From a virus (lineage: Duplodnaviria; Heunggongvirae; Uroviricota; Caudoviricetes), in the IMG/VR virus record IMGVR_UViG_2703718822_000008, positions 1 through 42,750 of that record: a stretch of DNA of 42,750 nucleotides. One strand, written 5' to 3'. Within the stretch, counting starts at the first letter, position 1. Each line of letters opens with the position of its first letter. Under the pieces are notes generated by a model. It did no database searches. It worked only from the letters and a program-made list of their open reading frames with translations, and was not told where the DNA came from. A program made the position numbers and the translations under genes. Below, piece by piece: positions 39,050 to 42,750 of this stretch.

Positions 39050-39732
39050 CCACTATTACCAGAGAAAACGCGGAAATTAAATCATTCATCACTGGTTTCC
39101 TGAGCGACCCGGCGCACGATAACCAATCTACAGACAGCCTGCTTGCCAATGTGTTTCGTATCGCACAGGCATCGCTGGAAGCAGAACCAGTTGCTTATAT
39201 TTTCAAACATCCGGCCGGAAAATTATTCTGGGCTTTGACGGATGAAAGCAATAAAGATCAATCGGACGTTATTCCTGTTTATGCTGCCGCGCCTGCGTCG
39301 GTTGTGCCGGATAATGCATCAGAACCTCTTGCTTATGCTTACAAAGAGCTTACGCCTGAGATTATGCGCAACCAGGCTGCCGAATCCAATCGCGGTAATG
39401 AGTGGACCGGCAATCCTGATATTGATAACGCCATCATCATGCTCGACCGCATAGATACGCTGGAAAATTGCGATGATGACCGTATTGAGGCTGTTAAGGC
39501 TGTTTTGCGTAGACTGGCTGGCAACTATCCGGTAACTCCGGATGGTTGGATAAGCTGTAGTGAGCGAATGCCCGCTCAAGATGATTGGATTTTAATTTAT
39601 TCAAAGCACGGCGAGTATATGGCAGGACAGGTACAAGGGGAATACGTGGAGTTGAGCGACGGCACTTTATCGTGGTTAGGGAACGCCTTGTACTGGATGC
39701 CGCTACCAGAACCGCCGCAGGAGATGAAGTAA
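39046..39732 (+). CDS. Hypothetical protein with a C-terminal DUF551-like domain
   Basis: 228 aa; C-terminal ...YWMPLPEPPQE is typical of the DUF551 phage family as I recall it. Confidence 0.5.
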   Translation: MTTITRENAEIKSFITGFLSDPAHDNQSTDSLLANVFRIAQASLEAEPVAYIFKHPAGKLFWALTDESNKDQSDVIPVYAAAPASVVPDNASEPLAYAYKELTPEIMRNQAAESNRGNEWTGNPDIDNAIIMLDRIDTLENCDDDRIEAVKAVLRRLAGNYPVTPDGWISCSERMPAQDDWILIYSKHGEYMAGQVQGEYVELSDGTLSWLGNALYWMPLPEPPQEMK

Positions 39733-40016
39733 TGGACTCCTTCGCGAAATATACGATTATTGACTGGATTGCCTTCCTTCAGGTTTTGCTCATCTGGTTT
39801 TATATGGCTTACAGGAGTGGACAGTGGATTGTCAGTGTAGCCTGTAGCAAGGGATGGCGTTGGTGGAACAGAAAGAATAAAAAAGCACTGGCATTGGATT
39901 CGTTTTACGAAGCATTCAATCTTAACAGCCTTCAGCCTGGTTCTGTCATTGTAGTCACCACTCAAAGCGGCATGACGATACAAATTCACAAGCCAAAGGA
40001 GGAAGGTCGTGGCTAA
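39732..40016 (+). CDS. Hypothetical protein with an N-terminal hydrophobic segment
   Basis: From the ATG at 39732 (TAATG overlap): MDSFAKYTIIDWIAFLQVLLIWFYMAY...; 94 aa. Confidence 0.4.
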   Translation: MDSFAKYTIIDWIAFLQVLLIWFYMAYRSGQWIVSVACSKGWRWWNRKNKKALALDSFYEAFNLNSLQPGSVIVVTTQSGMTIQIHKPKEEGRG

Positions 40017-40293
40017 CCTGCAACTTGCCGTCAAAGGTGAATACTTCGATGCCATGATTCGCGGGGAGAAAACGGAAGAGTATCGCCTGTGTAATGACTA
40101 CTGGAATAAGCGAATTATGTTCCGGGAATATGACCGCCTGATTATCACAAAGGGATATCCGAAGCGCGACGATTCCAGTCGCAGAATTGATGTTCCGTAT
40201 GGTGGATATGAAATCAAGACAATCACACATCCGCACTTCGGTGATAAACCGGTAAGGGTGTTCGCGATAAAGGTGAATATCAGCAATGAATAA
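40009..40293 (+). CDS. Hypothetical protein, possibly ASCH/PUA-like fold
   Basis: GTG start with aggagg SD; 94 aa; MIRGEKTEEYR motif reminiscent of ASCH domains (weak). Confidence 0.4.
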   Translation: MANLQLAVKGEYFDAMIRGEKTEEYRLCNDYWNKRIMFREYDRLIITKGYPKRDDSSRRIDVPYGGYEIKTITHPHFGDKPVRVFAIKVNISNE

Positions 40294-40352
40294 CAATCCT
40301 CGCACTCGCGGGGATTTCTTTTATCTGAACTCGCTACGGCGAGTTTTGTTTT

Positions 40353-40664
40353 ATGGAGATGATTATGGCCTGTTCAACATTCAACCATCTAACGTTACAG
40401 AAATACCAGACAGACCCTGAAGATTTATGCTCACTGTGTGGCGGAAATCATGGTAAAGCCGCCATGATCGAATGTAAGGACAAAATCCACATTTGCCTTA
40501 ATTGCGTTGATGTCCTCGTTGATATCAAAAATGAGAGAGAAGATAAAAAGCGTAGCGAGGCTGTTCGCGCCTTAGATTCATGGATGCGGGATGGATATAG
40601 TGCCGCGCAAATTTATGACTTAGCAATATCAAAAGGCGAAATACCAGGAGTGCGCATCGAATAA
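40353..40664 (+). CDS. Cys-rich hypothetical protein (YfdT-like position)
   Basis: 103-aa ORF with CSLCGG....C....C.NC; last gene before the excisionase, as yfdT in K-12 KplE1 (from memory). Confidence 0.45.
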   Translation: MEMIMACSTFNHLTLQKYQTDPEDLCSLCGGNHGKAAMIECKDKIHICLNCVDVLVDIKNEREDKKRSEAVRALDSWMRDGYSAAQIYDLAISKGEIPGVRIE

Positions 40665-40705
40665 GACGTAACCAATATTCGAATTGAAGAACTGAAAGAA
40701 CACCA

Positions 40706-40729
40706 ATCCGCCTGATGGCGGTTTTTTAT
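40706..40729 (+). terminator. Rho-independent terminator
   Basis: ccgcc-tgat-ggcgg hairpin followed by ttttttatt. Confidence 0.7.
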
Positions 40730-40772
40730 TGCCTGATTTGCAGGTTCGATTCCCTATTCGGAGATAGCACTC

Positions 40773-40973
40773 ATGCAACACGAATTACAGCCTGATTCAC
40801 TGGTTGATTTGAAATTCATCATGGCTGATACTGGCTTCGGTAAAACCTTCATCTACGACCGGATTAAGTCCGGCGACCTGCCAAAAGCCAAAGTTATCCA
40901 CGGGCGAGCAAGATGGTTATATCGTGACCATTGTGAATTCAAAAATAAGCTCTTAAGCCGCGCCAATGGGTAA
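40773..40973 (+). CDS. torI: Excisionase / recombination directionality factor TorI-like (AlpA-type winged helix)
   Basis: 66 aa MQHELQPDSLVDLKFIMADTGFGKTFIYDRIKSGDLPKAKVIHGRARWLYRDHCEFKNKLL...; at the prophage end opposite intS, as in KplE1. Confidence 0.7.
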   Translation: MQHELQPDSLVDLKFIMADTGFGKTFIYDRIKSGDLPKAKVIHGRARWLYRDHCEFKNKLLSRANG

Positions 40974-41046
40974 AATAGCGGGTAAAATATTTTTTACATC
41001 TAAAAAACACCATTCCAATCAATCCCCTGTCGCTTCAAGTAGATGT

Positions 41047-41061
41047 CTGCAGGGGACACCA
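41047..41061 (+). repeat. attR core, ctgcaggggacacca
   Basis: Exact copy of the argW 3' end at 1069-1083. Confidence 0.7.
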
Positions 41062-41502
41062 GATACCCTTCAAACGAAATCTACCTTCACCCCGTAAAAG
41101 ATGGGTTTGGCAGCACACTTGCCTTATATCTACTCATTTTTACTGCAACAGGTTGAAATCTCAGCACTGTCAGAAAGCGCTGATGACTAAACAGCCCTGG
41201 GCCGGGCGATGTAACCATCACACAGAATCCTGATAGCGAAATATGGCGTGACTCGATACTTCACTCCGCAATGCATTCCTTGATGAATTCGCAGGACCGT
41301 GATACACGGGACAGGTCACTGAATGACGACAATGTCCTGGAAATCAGCGAACCGCGCATCTGAAGTACATTTGAGCGACTGTACCAGAACATGAATGAGG
41401 CGTTTGGATTAGGCGATTATTAGCAGGGCTAAGCATTTTACTATTATTATTTTCCGGTTGAGGGATATAGAGCTATCGACAACAACCGGAAAAAGTTTAC
41501 GT

Positions 41503-42750
41503 CTATATTGCTGAAGGTACAGGCGTTTCCATAACTATTTGCTCGCGTTTTTTACTCAAGAAGAAAATGCCAAATAGCAACATCAGGCAGACAATACCCG
41601 AAATTGCGAAGAAAACTGTCTGGTAGCCTGCGTGGTCAAAGAGTATCCCAGTCGGCGTTGAAAGCAGCACAATCCCAAGCGAACTGGCAATTTGAAAACC
41701 AATCAGAAAGATCGTCGACGACAGGCGCTTATCAAAGTTTGCCACGCTGTATTTGAAGACGGATATGACACAAAGTGGAACCTCAATGGCATGTAACAAC
41801 TTCACTAATGAAATAATCCAGGGGTTAACGAACAGCGCGCAGGAAAGGATACGCAACGCCATAATCACAACTCCGATAAGTAATGCATTTTTTGGCCCTA
41901 CCCGATTCACAAAGAAAGGAATAATCGCCATGCACAGCGCTTCGAGTACCACCTGGAATGAGTTGAGATAACCATACAGGCGCGTTCCTACATCGTGTGA
42001 TTCGAATAAACCTGCATAAAAGACAGGAAAAAGTTGTTGATCAAAAATGTTATAGAAAGACCACGTCCCCACAATAAATATGACGAAAACCCAGAAGTTT
42101 CGATCCTTGAAAACTGCGATAAAATCCTCTTTTTTTACCCCTCCCGCATCTGCCGCTACGCACTGGTGATCCTTATCTTTAAAACGCATGTTGATCATCA
42201 TAAATACAGCGCCAAATAGCGAGACCAACCAGAAGTTGATATGGGGACTGATACTAAAAAATATGCCGGCAAAGAACGCGCCAATAGCATAGCCAAAAGA
42301 TCCCCAGGCGCGCGCTGTTCCATATTCGAAATGAAAATTTCGCGCCATTTTTTCGGTGAAGCTATCAAGCAAACCGCATCCCGCCAGATACCCCAAGCCA
42401 AAAAATAGCGCCCCCAGAATTAGACCTACAGAAAAATTGCTTTGCAGTAACGGTTCATAAACGTAAATCATAAACGGTCCGGTCAAGACCAGGATGAAAC
42501 TCATACACCAGATGAGCGGTTTCTTCAGACCGAGTTTATCCTGAACGATGCCGTAGAACATCATAAATAGAATGCTGGTAAACTGGTTGACCGAATAAAG
42601 TGTACCTAATTCCGTCCCTGTCAACCCTAGATGTCCTTTCAGCCAAATAGCGTATAACGACCACCACAGCGACCAGGAAATAAAAAAGAGAAATGAGTAA
42701 CTGGATGCAAAACGATAGTACGCATTTCTGAATGGAATATTCAGTGCCAT
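41503..42750 (-). CDS. cscB: Sucrose:H+ symporter CscB (LacY-family MFS permease), host gene
   Basis: 415 aa MALNIPFRNAYYRFASSYSFLFFISWSLWW... matches my recollection of CscB; the start codon lies at the window edge. Confidence 0.75.
   Translation of the reverse strand: MALNIPFRNAYYRFASSYSFLFFISWSLWWSLYAIWLKGHLGLTGTELGTLYSVNQFTSILFMMFYGIVQDKLGLKKPLIWCMSFILVLTGPFMIYVYEPLLQSNFSVGLILGALFFGLGYLAGCGLLDSFTEKMARNFHFEYGTARAWGSFGYAIGAFFAGIFFSISPHINFWLVSLFGAVFMMINMRFKDKDHQCVAADAGGVKKEDFIAVFKDRNFWVFVIFIVGTWSFYNIFDQQLFPVFYAGLFESHDVGTRLYGYLNSFQVVLEALCMAIIPFFVNRVGPKNALLIGVVIMALRILSCALFVNPWIISLVKLLHAIEVPLCVISVFKYSVANFDKRLSSTIFLIGFQIASSLGIVLLSTPTGILFDHAGYQTVFFAISGIVCLMLLFGIFFLSKKREQIVMETPVPSAI

Noticed and set aside
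41062-41502. Host intergenic region between attR and cscB
   Set aside because: No ORF of 60 aa or more with start signals and no recognisable RNA gene; probably the cscB promoter/regulatory region, not examined in detail.

Overview
This window is almost entirely one apparently intact ~40 kb P22-like/lambdoid mosaic prophage inserted at the tRNA-Arg gene argW, between host yfdC (left) and the sucrose permease gene cscB (right). All protein and gene identifications are from reading the sequence and recalled similarity, not from database searches. The prophage is bounded by a 15-bp direct repeat (ctgcaggggacacca) at 1069-1083 and 41047-41061, with an IntS-like integrase at the left end and a TorI-like excisionase at the right end (KplE1/CPS-53 layout). 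Reading left to right: a P22-type virion module on the minus strand (tailspike, ejection proteins, tail needle, gp10, gp4, coat, scaffold, portal, terminases with a pac-like site), a lambda-type lysis cassette (S, R, Rz/Rz1), Q with pR'/tR', a nin region (NinH, RusA, YbcO-like, Roi-like, NinF, NinE, PAPS-reductase-like, Dam-like methyltransferase, NinB), replication genes with in-gene iterons, cII, cro, a distinct immunity region (cI with AATAC-N5-GTATT operators), then a plus-strand early-left operon (N, Erf, SSB and many small ORFs). The most notable points are a tailspike whose receptor domain is an SGNH esterase and which carries a G8 tract with an open alternative 3' frame, an uncharacterised 3-TM protein co-transcribed with cI in the rex/sieB slot, a (GGCTCT)6 repeat inside a small ORF between coat and gp4, and a duplicated structured element in the pR'-S leader. 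No CRISPR array, IS element, stx or gtr cargo was seen.
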